Of a stretch of DNA of 64,000 bases, positions 27,301 to 34,730 are shown in pieces. This DNA is from Woeseiaceae bacterium. Its GTDB lineage: Bacteria; Pseudomonadota; Gammaproteobacteria; Steroidobacterales; Woeseiaceae. Below the pieces are notes generated by a model. It was not told the origin of the DNA. It was given only the letters and a program-made list of their open reading frames with translations, and made no database searches. How positions within the stretch are numbered: position 1 is the stretch's first letter; each line of letters begins with the position of its first letter. The DNA lies in NCBI GenBank assembly GCA_041579335.1, contig JBFGFX010000001.1, positions 150-64,149 of the forward strand. The letters are read 5' to 3'. Position numbers and translations under genes: made by a program.

Positions 27301-29296
27301 GCTGCGCACGGATGGCTTTGAGCAGGGTCGGCTCATCGAGTTTCGCCTGCTCGAGGACCGGAGATGCGGCGAAGAACGCGCCCTGAAACGCGACGCCCTG
27401 CATGCGAAGCTGAAGCTCCGGATCGGTGGCCTCGTCGCGCGCGATGCGGAACGCGTCCAAGAAGAACACGCGGATGTCCTTCTCGACGATAATCTGTTGG
27501 AACGCGACCGGTATCGATTCCCAGACCTCGTCAGCGCTGCCCAGGTCGCTCTGGATGATGAACACGCCGCCGTCTTTCAAACCCGCGATCGCATTCGTGT
27601 GGTTGAACACGTTCGGATCGGGCGATAGCACCACGTCGACGTAATAGTATTCACAGTTGACTTTGATGGGCTCGGATGACGCGGAGAGGTAGAAGGTCGT
27701 CGGCTGGCCTTTTTTCTCCGAGCCATACTTCGGGTTCGCCTTGATGTGAAAGTCCAACAGATCGAACAGCGTCATCGCGAGGTTTTTGCCAGTCGTGATC
27801 GCGCCCCAGCCGCCGACCGAATGGAAGCGCACGGTGATGCTGTCCTCCGGCATCAGGTTCGGATTCTCGCTGCCGCGAATCGCGAGCTCCCGCACGTCGG
27901 GATACGCATCCTCGATCGTCTGCTGGTAGATTTCCTGCTTCGGCGTGAACGGCTTTTTGCGCAGGAAGTCGATCGAGAGGTAGAAGAGCTTCTTGCGCGG
28001 CCCGTCCGGTAGCATGTTCTCGACCGCGCCGATCAGTCCTTCGGGCTGCAGGTCGCGGCTGCCCATGCCGAACGATCCGGAATAGAGGGGCGGCGCGTCC
28101 TTCAAGCTCGAATACGTTTCGAGCTCGGGATGAGGCGTCGCGTTCTTGTCCCGACCGTTCTCCAAGGACTTGGCCACGGTGGCGCGGATCTCGCGCATCA
28201 ACGGCAGGTCGCCGGCCAGCGGCTGGTCCAAGCGTTCGAGCACGGCGACGCCTTTTCTGCCCTTTAGAATCTCTGCCAGTAAGTCGGCGGGGAACGGACG
28301 AAACATCGTGACATCGACGACGCCGACTTTGAGCTTTCTGGACTTGCGCAGGTAGTCGGCGACGACCTCGGCGCTCGGAATCATGCTGCCCTGACCGACG
28401 ATCAAATAGTCGGCATCGTCGGCACGATAGGTGCTGATACGCGCGTAGCGGCGGCCGGTTAGCGCCGCAAATTCCTCGAAGGCGCGGTCGGCAATCTCCT
28501 TGACGTGGTCGTAGAAGAACGGCCGCTGAGCCGCGACGCTCTGCATGTAGGCATCCTGGTTCTCGACGATGCCCGACATGACCGGGTTGTCGACGTCCCA
28601 GAGCTCCGGAATTCGGCGCCGGGTCGGGCCGTAGATGATCCGCTGCGCCGGCGTCGGCGTGTCGATGATGTCGTCCGGTCGACCGAGGAACTCCGCGATG
28701 AGCTCGCGCTCGGGGACCATAAGCGATTCGATCAGGTGCGTCGTCAGGAATCCATCCTGTGCGATCGCCCCCGGCGTCAGGGCCAGCTCGGCGATGCGGT
28801 GAGCGATTATGTTGAGATCGGCGGCGCCCTGCGCGTTCGTCGCGAAAAGCTGGAAGAACCCGGTGTCGTCGATGCAGTGGTAGTCGTCGTGCCCGGCATG
28901 CACGTTCAGCGTCGACTTGGTCATCGCGCGGGCGCCGATGTTGAGGACGTAGGTCAGCCGTTTGCCGGCGGCCGCGTACAGCGACTCGTGCATGTACGCG
29001 ATGCCCTGTCCCGACGAGAAGTTGCTGGCCCGGAGCCCGGTCATCGACATGCCAGCGGTGACCGCGGCCGCGGCGTGCTCGCCCTCGGGCTCGATGAATA
29101 TCAGCGGCCGGCCGGAGACGTTGACGTGGCCTGCGGCTGCGGCTTCCGCCCAGTACTCCCCCATCTGCGTCGACGGCGTGATCGGATAGGCGCCGGCCGC
29201 GTCACTCGCTTCGCGCTCGCAGGCGATGACCGCGGTATTGCCGTCCATCGCGGCGCGCGTGCCCGGGTACTTCACCGGCTTCTCAGACTTCCACAT
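24371..29296 (-). CDS. pyruvate:ferredoxin (flavodoxin) oxidoreductase-type 2-oxoacid oxidoreductase, 1641 aa, with a C-terminal linker plus ferredoxin-like module
   Basis: Track ORF 24371..29530, start re-set to MWKSEKPVKYPG (ATG 29296, GAAGGAAG upstream). Canonical PFOR motifs present are YPITPSTQMGE, CTACGNCYTVCP, CKGCMECVAVCDDD, GDGACLGCAEK, NATGCTSVWG and the TPP motif GGDGAMYDIGFQNL...VVDTQVYSNTGGQ. The C-terminus is an Ala/Pro linker followed by CTSCDEC...EKCT. Confidence 0.9.
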   Translation of the reverse strand: MWKSEKPVKYPGTRAAMDGNTAVIACEREASDAAGAYPITPSTQMGEYWAEAAAAGHVNVSGRPLIFIEPEGEHAAAAVTAGMSMTGLRASNFSSGQGIAYMHESLYAAAGKRLTYVLNIGARAMTKSTLNVHAGHDDYHCIDDTGFFQLFATNAQGAADLNIIAHRIAELALTPGAIAQDGFLTTHLIESLMVPERELIAEFLGRPDDIIDTPTPAQRIIYGPTRRRIPELWDVDNPVMSGIVENQDAYMQSVAAQRPFFYDHVKEIADRAFEEFAALTGRRYARISTYRADDADYLIVGQGSMIPSAEVVADYLRKSRKLKVGVVDVTMFRPFPADLLAEILKGRKGVAVLERLDQPLAGDLPLMREIRATVAKSLENGRDKNATPHPELETYSSLKDAPPLYSGSFGMGSRDLQPEGLIGAVENMLPDGPRKKLFYLSIDFLRKKPFTPKQEIYQQTIEDAYPDVRELAIRGSENPNLMPEDSITVRFHSVGGWGAITTGKNLAMTLFDLLDFHIKANPKYGSEKKGQPTTFYLSASSEPIKVNCEYYYVDVVLSPDPNVFNHTNAIAGLKDGGVFIIQSDLGSADEVWESIPVAFQQIIVEKDIRVFFLDAFRIARDEATDPELQLRMQGVAFQGAFFAASPVLEQAKLDEPTLLKAIRAQLEHKFGAKGARVVEDNMRVVRRGFDEVEEIRDKPFTLKESRASAVPPEPPVPIMVKRLPQSRSSASDIHRFWEQTGNFYARGMGNDNLTDPFIGLGVMPAVSSLYRDMTGIRFEHPEWNAENCTACGNCYTVCPDTAIPGLVNDVGQVLDTVVKRVKKNGASVEHLPRAVRQMEQYLRAGMSAASETDSVAGLIEEAIEQTIAASDADSRAALTEEFGRFTEELDGFQFALSRPYYTLPEKREKGSGGLLSITVDPYTCKGCMECVAVCDDDALKPVPQTAESIDALRHKWDFWLDLPNTPKKYIRVDDLEERIGALETLLLDKDNYLSFASGDGACLGCAEKTVIHLFVATVEALMQPRIAAHVEKLDGLVDRLKKNVQAKLVGEIDLSDTAEIASIVEDLGDADVTLAGIADRIEHDKGSQPIDPGWLKRMTGLIGDLEKLKWRYVEGTTGQGRARMGMLNATGCTSVWGSTYPFNPYPFPWANHLFQDAPSLAMGVFEGHMAKMAEGFKTIRLAELELTGEYRPSVHDEFFTYFDWRQFTDEEFKLCPPVVAVGGDGAMYDIGFQNLSRLMMSGKPIKCVVVDTQVYSNTGGQACTSGFFGQVSDMAQFGKAIQGKEEVRKEIGLIGMAHRTTYVLQSTIAYASHMIEGFIEGLLARRPALFNLYTSCQPEHGIGDDMSEQQAKLAVESRAYPLFKYDPDGGTTADECFDLSGNPAMDADWPTYTLTYRQGSREKTMELPLTFADFAITETRFRKHFRMAPPDSWNEKMVPLHEFLELDESEREDRFPFIWTVDRKNHLSRLLVDRSMVESCEDRRDFWTMLRALGGVRKSAPSIPEIEARVRQDVAQRMAEVLARMVGGEAAVPAPAAASPAAASPAVAPTEPAQQEAGDYMAPWLDTDDCTSCDECIKINSSVFEYNEDKKAFIKDPNAGPYSDLVRAAEKCTAQVIHPGLPRDRSAKDIGKWIARGSKFN
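24663..24692 (-). repeat. perfect 15-bp tandem duplication (ggcgatgccgctgct x2) inside the PFOR Ala/Pro linker
   Basis: Read directly: 24663-24677 equals 24678-24692. It encodes the repeated AASPA units of the linker PAAASPAAASPA. Confidence 0.9.
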
Positions 29297-29307
29297 CGAA
29301 TCTTCCT

Positions 29308-30171
29308 TCAAGTCGCCGCGGCGGGTCGCGCCGAGCGGCGTGAAACCGCGCTCGCCTCGTCGCCTTTGACCACCGTTCCGTCCGGCTCGAGCCACACGAT
29401 CGCCCCGGTTGGGCAGCGCGCGATCGGCGTCTTCGTCGCATGCGGGCGGCGGTAGTCGACGACGGCCAGGTTGTTCTCGATCGTGATCAGCCCCGGTGCG
29501 TCCATCGCGCATTTGCCGCAGGCAGTGCACGCGACCTCGCAGTCCTCGAGGATCTCGTCGCCTTTCTCCAGGTTCTTACAGGCGACCCACAGCCGGTGGC
29601 TCTTCGGATGCAGGCTGAACAGGTCCTTCGGGCAAATTTCGACGCAGTCGTTGCAGGCCGTGCAGAGATCCTCGTCGACGACGGGGAGCGAATACCGATT
29701 CATCGTGATGGCGTCGAAATCACAGACCTCCTCGCAGTCGCCCAGGCCCAAGCATCCCCAGAAACAGCTCTTGCCCCCGCCCGCGACCAGGGCGGCGGAG
29801 CGGCAGCTCCGATGCCCGGTGTAGCGGGCACGATTTCGCGCCACGTTGATGCCGCCAGCGCAGGCCAGCCGGGCGACCTCGCGTTCGCCGGCGCCGACGT
29901 CGACCCCGAGGAATGCGGCAACGGCCTCGCGCTCGGCATCGCCGGACACCGTGCACTGTCCGGGGACGGCCTCGCTCGTGACCAGTGCCTCGGCGAACGC
30001 CCGGCAGCCCGGAAAGCCGCAGGCGCCGCAGTTCGTGCCCGGCAGCATCGCTTCGACGTCGTCGAAGCGCGCATCTTCGAAGACGTAGAGCTTGCGATTA
30101 GCAACGACGAGGCCCGTCGCGAGCAGCAGGGTGAGCGCGCCGAGGGCGCCGATCGCAGTGAGGATAATCAC
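29308..30171 (-). CDS. rnfB: Rnf complex subunit B-like polyferredoxin
   Basis: Track ORF of 287 aa with a GTG start. It has an N-terminal TM helix, the RnfB-type motif GTNCGACGFPGCRAFAEAL, and further clusters CTACNDCVEICP and CTACGKCAMDAP. Confidence 0.85.
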   Translation of the reverse strand: MIILTAIGALGALTLLLATGLVVANRKLYVFEDARFDDVEAMLPGTNCGACGFPGCRAFAEALVTSEAVPGQCTVSGDAEREAVAAFLGVDVGAGEREVARLACAGGINVARNRARYTGHRSCRSAALVAGGGKSCFWGCLGLGDCEEVCDFDAITMNRYSLPVVDEDLCTACNDCVEICPKDLFSLHPKSHRLWVACKNLEKGDEILEDCEVACTACGKCAMDAPGLITIENNLAVVDYRRPHATKTPIARCPTGAIVWLEPDGTVVKGDEASAVSRRSARPAAAT

Positions 30172-30370
30172 TTAGCCGCCCCGGACCGCTCGCGGGGCAG
30201 AGCGGCCTCCGTCGTTCGTCTGTGTCCACCCGAATCGCATCCAGCCTCACCTCGCTCGGCCGACTGTTGCACAAAGCTCATAGCCGATCTGTAGGGGAAT
30301 ACCGAGGCGGGATTGCGAGGTGCGAAATGGAAGAATGAGCGTCCGCAACAAGCGCCTCGGAGCATCGGCA

Positions 30371-31033
30371 ATGCGGTCCCTCCTCATCGTTTGCGCAGCC
30401 GGGCTGCTGCCCCTGGCAGCGGCCGGTGACGCGTCAGAGCGCGTGCCACTGCCCGAGCCCGACCTCGACGGTGACCAGGTGGTCGAGCGGTCGCTCGCGG
30501 AGCGGCGATCCGTTCGTGATTTCGCGAACGCGAGCCTGTCTTTGGCCGACGTGTCGCAAATCCTCTGGGCCGGGCAGGGCATCACGCATCGCCGCGGCTA
30601 CCGGACCGCCCCCTCGGCCGGCGGCCTTTATCCGTTGGAGCTCTACGTCGTTGCGGGGGCCGTGGATGGCCTCACGCCGGGCGTGTATCGCTATCGGCCG
30701 GAGCGGCACGAGCTCATTCGCGTCGCGAGTGGCGATCGCCGCAGACGGCTCGCGGCGGCCGCGCTCGACCAGCGTTGGGTCCGGCGGGCGCCGGCGGTGC
30801 TCGCGATCACGGTGGTCTACGAGCGGACGGAAGCGAAATACGGGGCACGCGGCCGCCGTTACGTGCATGTCGAGGTCGGCCACGCGGCGCAGAACGTGTA
30901 CCTCCAGGCCGGGGCCCGCGGCCTGGGCACCGTCATCGTGGGTGCTTTTCGTGACGCGGAGGTTGCGAGCGCGCTCGAGCTTCCAGCGGACCACCGACCG
31001 CTCGCGCTGATGCCGCTCGGTCGCAGACGCTAG
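30371..31033 (+). CDS. SagB/ThcOx-type nitroreductase-fold dehydrogenase with a signal-peptide-like N-terminus
   Basis: Track ORF 30320..31033; ATG 30371 gives MRSLLIVCAAGLLPLAAAGDA (30320 is also possible). RRSVRDF, APSAGGLYPLELYVV and HVEVGHAAQNVYLQA are typical of the family. Confidence 0.75.
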   Translation: MRSLLIVCAAGLLPLAAAGDASERVPLPEPDLDGDQVVERSLAERRSVRDFANASLSLADVSQILWAGQGITHRRGYRTAPSAGGLYPLELYVVAGAVDGLTPGVYRYRPERHELIRVASGDRRRRLAAAALDQRWVRRAPAVLAITVVYERTEAKYGARGRRYVHVEVGHAAQNVYLQAGARGLGTVIVGAFRDAEVASALELPADHRPLALMPLGRRR

Positions 31034-31929
31034 GTCGCCTCGGCAAGCCGCAGCACGGTCCGTCCGAGCCCATCGGTCAGCTCGGCCAGCCGCCGATAGT
31101 CGACGTGGATCGCCAGATCGGCGGGCGTGTGGTAGTACGGGTAGCGGTAGAACGCGGTGTCGGTCACCATCAGGGCGCGATAGCCTCGGCGCCAGAACGA
31201 GTATTGATCGCTCCAGGCAACGCCGGGGATCCAGGAGAACGTCGCGACACGTTCCATCGGAAAGTCCGTTTGCTGCCGAAATACCGCCGCAAAACGGTTC
31301 AGCGCGCGGCGCGATCGCAGGTTGGATACGAACGCGATGTAATTCCCCCGGTCCGGGAAGAAATGCCGAAACAGGGGCGGATAACGCTGACTGCCCTTGC
31401 GATCGTCGTAGTAGCCGAGCGTCTCCAAAGACACCATCAGCGTGATGTCGTCGCCGCGCGCCTTTGCGGCATTCGCATACACCGTGCTGCCCATCCGCTC
31501 GGTCATGAAAAAGGGCGGTTCTTCGTTGACGAAAGCGACGAAGCGGACGGTCCGGTCGGTAGAGCGGTCGGCGATCTCGCGAGACAACTCGAGCAGAGAA
31601 GCGACGCCGCTGCCGTTGTCGTTCGCGCCGGGACTGCCGATCACGGAATCGTAATGGGCGCCGATCAGCAGGATTTCGTCCGGCAGCCGCGAGCCGATTC
31701 GGCTGCAGGCGAGATTCGAGCAGGCGATCGAATCGACGTCGTAGGTCTGCCGGGCCACTTCGTAGCCGATTTCACGCCACTGGTCGTCGATGTAGTCGGC
31801 GGCCTTGGCGAGCGCCTGCGGCCGGTACACGTTGCGCTCGCCGATGACCTCCGCGAGCGTGCGGACGTGCCGCTCCAGCCGGGCGGCGAGATCGTCCGCG
31901 GTCACAGCGCTGCGTTCGGATGTGGTCAT
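31030..31929 (-). CDS. M28 family metallopeptidase
   Basis: Track ORF of 299 aa. LLIGAHYDSVIGSPGANDNGSGVASLLELSR is the M28 zinc-ligand region. A 4-nt overlap links it to the upstream NhaC gene. Confidence 0.85.
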   Translation of the reverse strand: MTTSERSAVTADDLAARLERHVRTLAEVIGERNVYRPQALAKAADYIDDQWREIGYEVARQTYDVDSIACSNLACSRIGSRLPDEILLIGAHYDSVIGSPGANDNGSGVASLLELSREIADRSTDRTVRFVAFVNEEPPFFMTERMGSTVYANAAKARGDDITLMVSLETLGYYDDRKGSQRYPPLFRHFFPDRGNYIAFVSNLRSRRALNRFAAVFRQQTDFPMERVATFSWIPGVAWSDQYSFWRRGYRALMVTDTAFYRYPYYHTPADLAIHVDYRRLAELTDGLGRTVLRLAEAT

Positions 31930-33425
31930 ACGTGTGCTGGTCCCCCGAAGAAGCGCATCGATAGCTTAACGGCAATGAACAAGACGAGCACGGCTGCGGC
32001 CAGCACCAGCGGCGTCTCGTAGATCCCGGCAAGCAGCAGGGCGAAGACCGTGACGAGACCGGTCAGGCCCGCGTACGCGGCTTGCGTCGTGACGTGATTC
32101 AGGTGATTGCAGTCTGCGCCGAAAGACGCCAGCACCGTCGTGTCCGAGATCGGTGAGCAGTGATCCCCCAGCAGGCCGCTGCTCAAGACCGCGGCGATAG
32201 TGAGCAGCATCGACGCCTCCAAATACACACCGACCGGCGCGGCGATCGCCATCACGATCGCGAACGTTCCGTAAGACGAACCGGTCGACAGCGAGATGAA
32301 GGCGCCCAGAACGAACACCAGCGTCGGGAAGACCGCGGGCGACACGGTTCCGCCGATGATGGATGCCACATACTCGGCCGTGCCGAGATCGCCGGTGATC
32401 GCGCTCAACGACCAGGCGAGCACCAGGACGATGCACACGTAGACGAGCGATTCCACCCCCTTGATGAATACGGCGATGGACTCGGTGTAGGGCTTCGACT
32501 GATAGCGCCGCATCAGCTCCATGCAGGTCAGCGATGCGGTGAGATAGGCGATGATCAGCGTCGAGCGGATGTGCGTGCCCGTAATGCCGTCATGGGTCCA
32601 GTGCCAACCGATCTGACCCGCGACGAGCAGCAGCATCACGCCCAGAGGGTAGAGGAACAGGCCGAGGCGTTCCTCGGCCTCGCCTTCGGTCTCAGCGACG
32701 GCGACCGCCGTCGGCGACCCCGGCAGCGCCAGGGCCTCATCGTACTCCGCCTGGATCCGGCGCATCGGACCGTAATCACGGCGTGTGAGAATGATCATGG
32801 GGACCGTGAGCAGCGCCAGGAACGCATAGAACTGGTACGGAATTACGCTGATCAGCACCGCGAACGCGTCGTCGGTCAGCCCGACGGTCGTGTAGTTCTT
32901 CTCGATCAGAGACATGATGTACGCGCCCCAGCCGGTGATCGGGATCAGTATGCTGATTGGCGATGCCGTCGTGTCGAGGATGTAGGCGAGCTTCTCGCGA
33001 CAGAGCCGGAACTCGTCGAACACCGACCGGAACAGGGGACCGACAATCAGACAACTTCCCGAGGCGGTGAAGAAGACGGCGAGGCCGGCGAGCCAGGCGA
33101 GCAGTTGCGCCTTGACGCGAGTCGATACGATGCGAGCCATCCGACGCGCGAATGCTGTCGCGCCGCCCGAGACGTCGAGGACCCTTACGAAGCCGCCGAT
33201 GACCATCATCGTGACGATCACCTGCACCTGGCTCGGCACCGAAACCTCGACGAGGATCTGCTCCTCGACCGCATTTTTGGCCGCGTCGAAGGGATTGAAC
33301 CCGGTCAGGATCAAGGATCCGCTCGCGACGCCAAGGACCAGCGCTACGATCACGTTCTTCGTATAAAGCGCGAGGATGATCGTCAGAATCGGAGGGACGA
33401 TCGACAGAAAACCGTAGTCCTGCAT
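31926..33425 (-). CDS. Na+/H+ antiporter NhaC family protein
   Basis: Track ORF 31926..34103, start re-set to MQDYGFLSIVPPILTIILALYTKN (ATG 33425). It encodes 499 aa and is polytopic. The upstream 226 codons of the track ORF are Arg-rich and antisense to the XdhC genes. Confidence 0.85.
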   Translation of the reverse strand: MQDYGFLSIVPPILTIILALYTKNVIVALVLGVASGSLILTGFNPFDAAKNAVEEQILVEVSVPSQVQVIVTMMVIGGFVRVLDVSGGATAFARRMARIVSTRVKAQLLAWLAGLAVFFTASGSCLIVGPLFRSVFDEFRLCREKLAYILDTTASPISILIPITGWGAYIMSLIEKNYTTVGLTDDAFAVLISVIPYQFYAFLALLTVPMIILTRRDYGPMRRIQAEYDEALALPGSPTAVAVAETEGEAEERLGLFLYPLGVMLLLVAGQIGWHWTHDGITGTHIRSTLIIAYLTASLTCMELMRRYQSKPYTESIAVFIKGVESLVYVCIVLVLAWSLSAITGDLGTAEYVASIIGGTVSPAVFPTLVFVLGAFISLSTGSSYGTFAIVMAIAAPVGVYLEASMLLTIAAVLSSGLLGDHCSPISDTTVLASFGADCNHLNHVTTQAAYAGLTGLVTVFALLLAGIYETPLVLAAAVLVLFIAVKLSMRFFGGPAHV

Positions 33426-33524
33426 CGTTGTTGTTGTACGTACGGCGCCGTCGTCGAGCATAGCACGCGGCTGTCTCACAGACGCGGTATCATCAGCGTC
33501 GGTAGTTCCCGATTGGTGACGACG

Positions 33525-33866
33525 ATGGGTAATCGCGAGGCGTCTGAGCATGCGCCGACCGAGATACTGGCGACCGCGCTCGCCTGGCTCGAGTCGGGCC
33601 GACGTGTCGCGCTGGCGACGGTCGTCGAGACCTGCGGCTCGTCGCCGCGACCCGTGGGCAGCAACCTGGTGGTCGCGGAAGACGGCAGCTTCGAGGGATC
33701 CGTGTCGGGCGGCTGTGTCGAGAGCGCCGTCGTCGGCGCGGCGATCGAGGTTATCGAAACCGGGGAGTCGCGCCTGCTCGAGTTCGGCTACAGCGACGAG
33801 GAGGCGTGGGAGGTCGGTCTCGCGTGCGGCGGCTCGATACAGGTGTTCGTGGAGCCGATCGAATGA
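33525..33866 (+). CDS. XdhC/CoxI family protein (N-terminal-domain-only, 113 aa)
   Basis: This is the last 113 codons of track ORF 32160..33866, starting at ATG 33525. ALATVVETCGSSPRPVGSNLVVAEDGSFEGSVSGGCVE is the XdhC_CoxI motif. Confidence 0.75.
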   Translation: MGNREASEHAPTEILATALAWLESGRRVALATVVETCGSSPRPVGSNLVVAEDGSFEGSVSGGCVESAVVGAAIEVIETGESRLLEFGYSDEEAWEVGLACGGSIQVFVEPIE

Positions 33867-34591
33867 AGCGCGAGCTCCTCGCTTCACTGGTCGGCGTGCG
33901 GCGCAACAACGAGACGGCGGTGTTGGTCCGGAGCTTGAGCGGCGGCAGCCAGTTCGTCGTGACCCCGCGTGCGTCATTCGGCGACCCAAACGCAGTGGAC
34001 GCAAGCGTCCGTGATGCGGCGCGCGCGGCCCTGGATGCCGACGGCGCGCGGACCATGGAGGCGGGGGGCGAGCGCTTTCTGCTGCAGCCCCTCGCGGCGC
34101 CACCGGTCATCGTCGTCGTCGGCGCGGTCCACATCGCGCAGGCGCTGATTCCGATGGCGCGCCGGGCGGGATTCGACGTCTACCTGATCGAGCCGCGCGC
34201 AGCGTTCGCGCATGCCGACCGGTTTCCCGGCATCGAGGTTGACGGCCGCTGGCCGGACGAGGTCATGAGGGACCTCGAGCTCGGCGCGCGGACGGCGCTG
34301 GTGACCCTGAGCCACGATCCGAAGATCGATGAACCGGCGCTGTGCCGTGCGATGGACTCCGACGCGTTTTACATCGGTGCGCTCGGTAGCAAGGGCAACC
34401 ACAAGAAGAGGCTCGAGCGCCTGGCCGCGCTCGGCTACTCGGACGCCCAGTTAGCGCGCATCCACGGACCGATCGGCCTCAAGCTCGGCGGACGATCGCC
34501 CGCGGAGATCGCGGTCGCCACGCTCGCCGAGATCATCCAGGCACGCTACCGCGATCGGGGGCAGCCGCGATCGGGGGCAGCCGCGACCTGA
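33863..34591 (+). CDS. XdhC family accessory protein (Rossmann-like C-terminal domain)
   Basis: Track ORF 33806..34591, start re-set to MKRELLASLVG (ATG 33863, ATGA overlap with the previous stop). It has VVVVGAVHIAQALIPMARRAGFDVYLIEPR and YIGALGSKGNHKKR. Confidence 0.8.
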   Translation: MKRELLASLVGVRRNNETAVLVRSLSGGSQFVVTPRASFGDPNAVDASVRDAARAALDADGARTMEAGGERFLLQPLAAPPVIVVVGAVHIAQALIPMARRAGFDVYLIEPRAAFAHADRFPGIEVDGRWPDEVMRDLELGARTALVTLSHDPKIDEPALCRAMDSDAFYIGALGSKGNHKKRLERLAALGYSDAQLARIHGPIGLKLGGRSPAEIAVATLAEIIQARYRDRGQPRSGAAAT

Positions 34592-34594
34592 GCC

Positions 34595-34645
34595 GGTGTT
34601 TAACTAACGTATATAAATCATTGATTATCGGTAAGTTATAAAGCC
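34595..34645 (+). promoter_or_regulatory. AT-rich island with the palindrome AATCA-T-TGATT upstream of the beta-barrel OMP gene; putative promoter/operator
   Basis: gtttaactaacgtatataaatcattgattatcggtaagttataaag stands out in GC-rich DNA. It carries a perfect 5-1-5 palindrome at 34616-34626 and several TATAAA/TATATA hexamers. Confidence 0.4.
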
Positions 34646-34730
34646 GAACCCGCCTTCAGCTTAGCTTCAGGAAGGCTGCGGCCTAATGGCGTCGTTTCTA
34701 TCCACCGTCCCCCGTTATAAGGAGATAGCA

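Noticed and set aside
32160-33524. Plus-strand 568-aa ORF covering the NhaC gene
   Set aside because: The first 455 codons are antisense to the membrane transporter and have Arg/Asp/His-rich non-protein-like composition. Only the last 113 codons (33525..33866) encode a recognisable XdhC_CoxI domain.
20720-34103. Over-extended 5' ends of track ORFs 20720..21718, 22010..23860, 23032..24714, 24371..29530 and 31926..34103
   Set aside because: In each case the N-terminal extension is Arg-rich and overlaps the upstream gene in another frame. The recognisable protein begins at an internal start that abuts or overlaps the upstream stop codon. Starts were therefore re-set to 21352, 23032, 24369, 29296 and 33425.
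33525-34591. The two XdhC ORFs as a single frameshifted gene
   Set aside because: The ATGA stop/start overlap is a normal coupling arrangement, and the second ORF has its own complete N-terminal region. The question still cannot be settled without homolog comparison, so it is noted in the findings.
34611-34629. Possible Fur box in the AT-rich island
   Set aside because: The best by-eye alignments to the 19-bp consensus GATAATGATAATCATTATC give only about 9/19 matches. No iron-related gene is adjacent. I kept it only as a generic palindrome/operator candidate.
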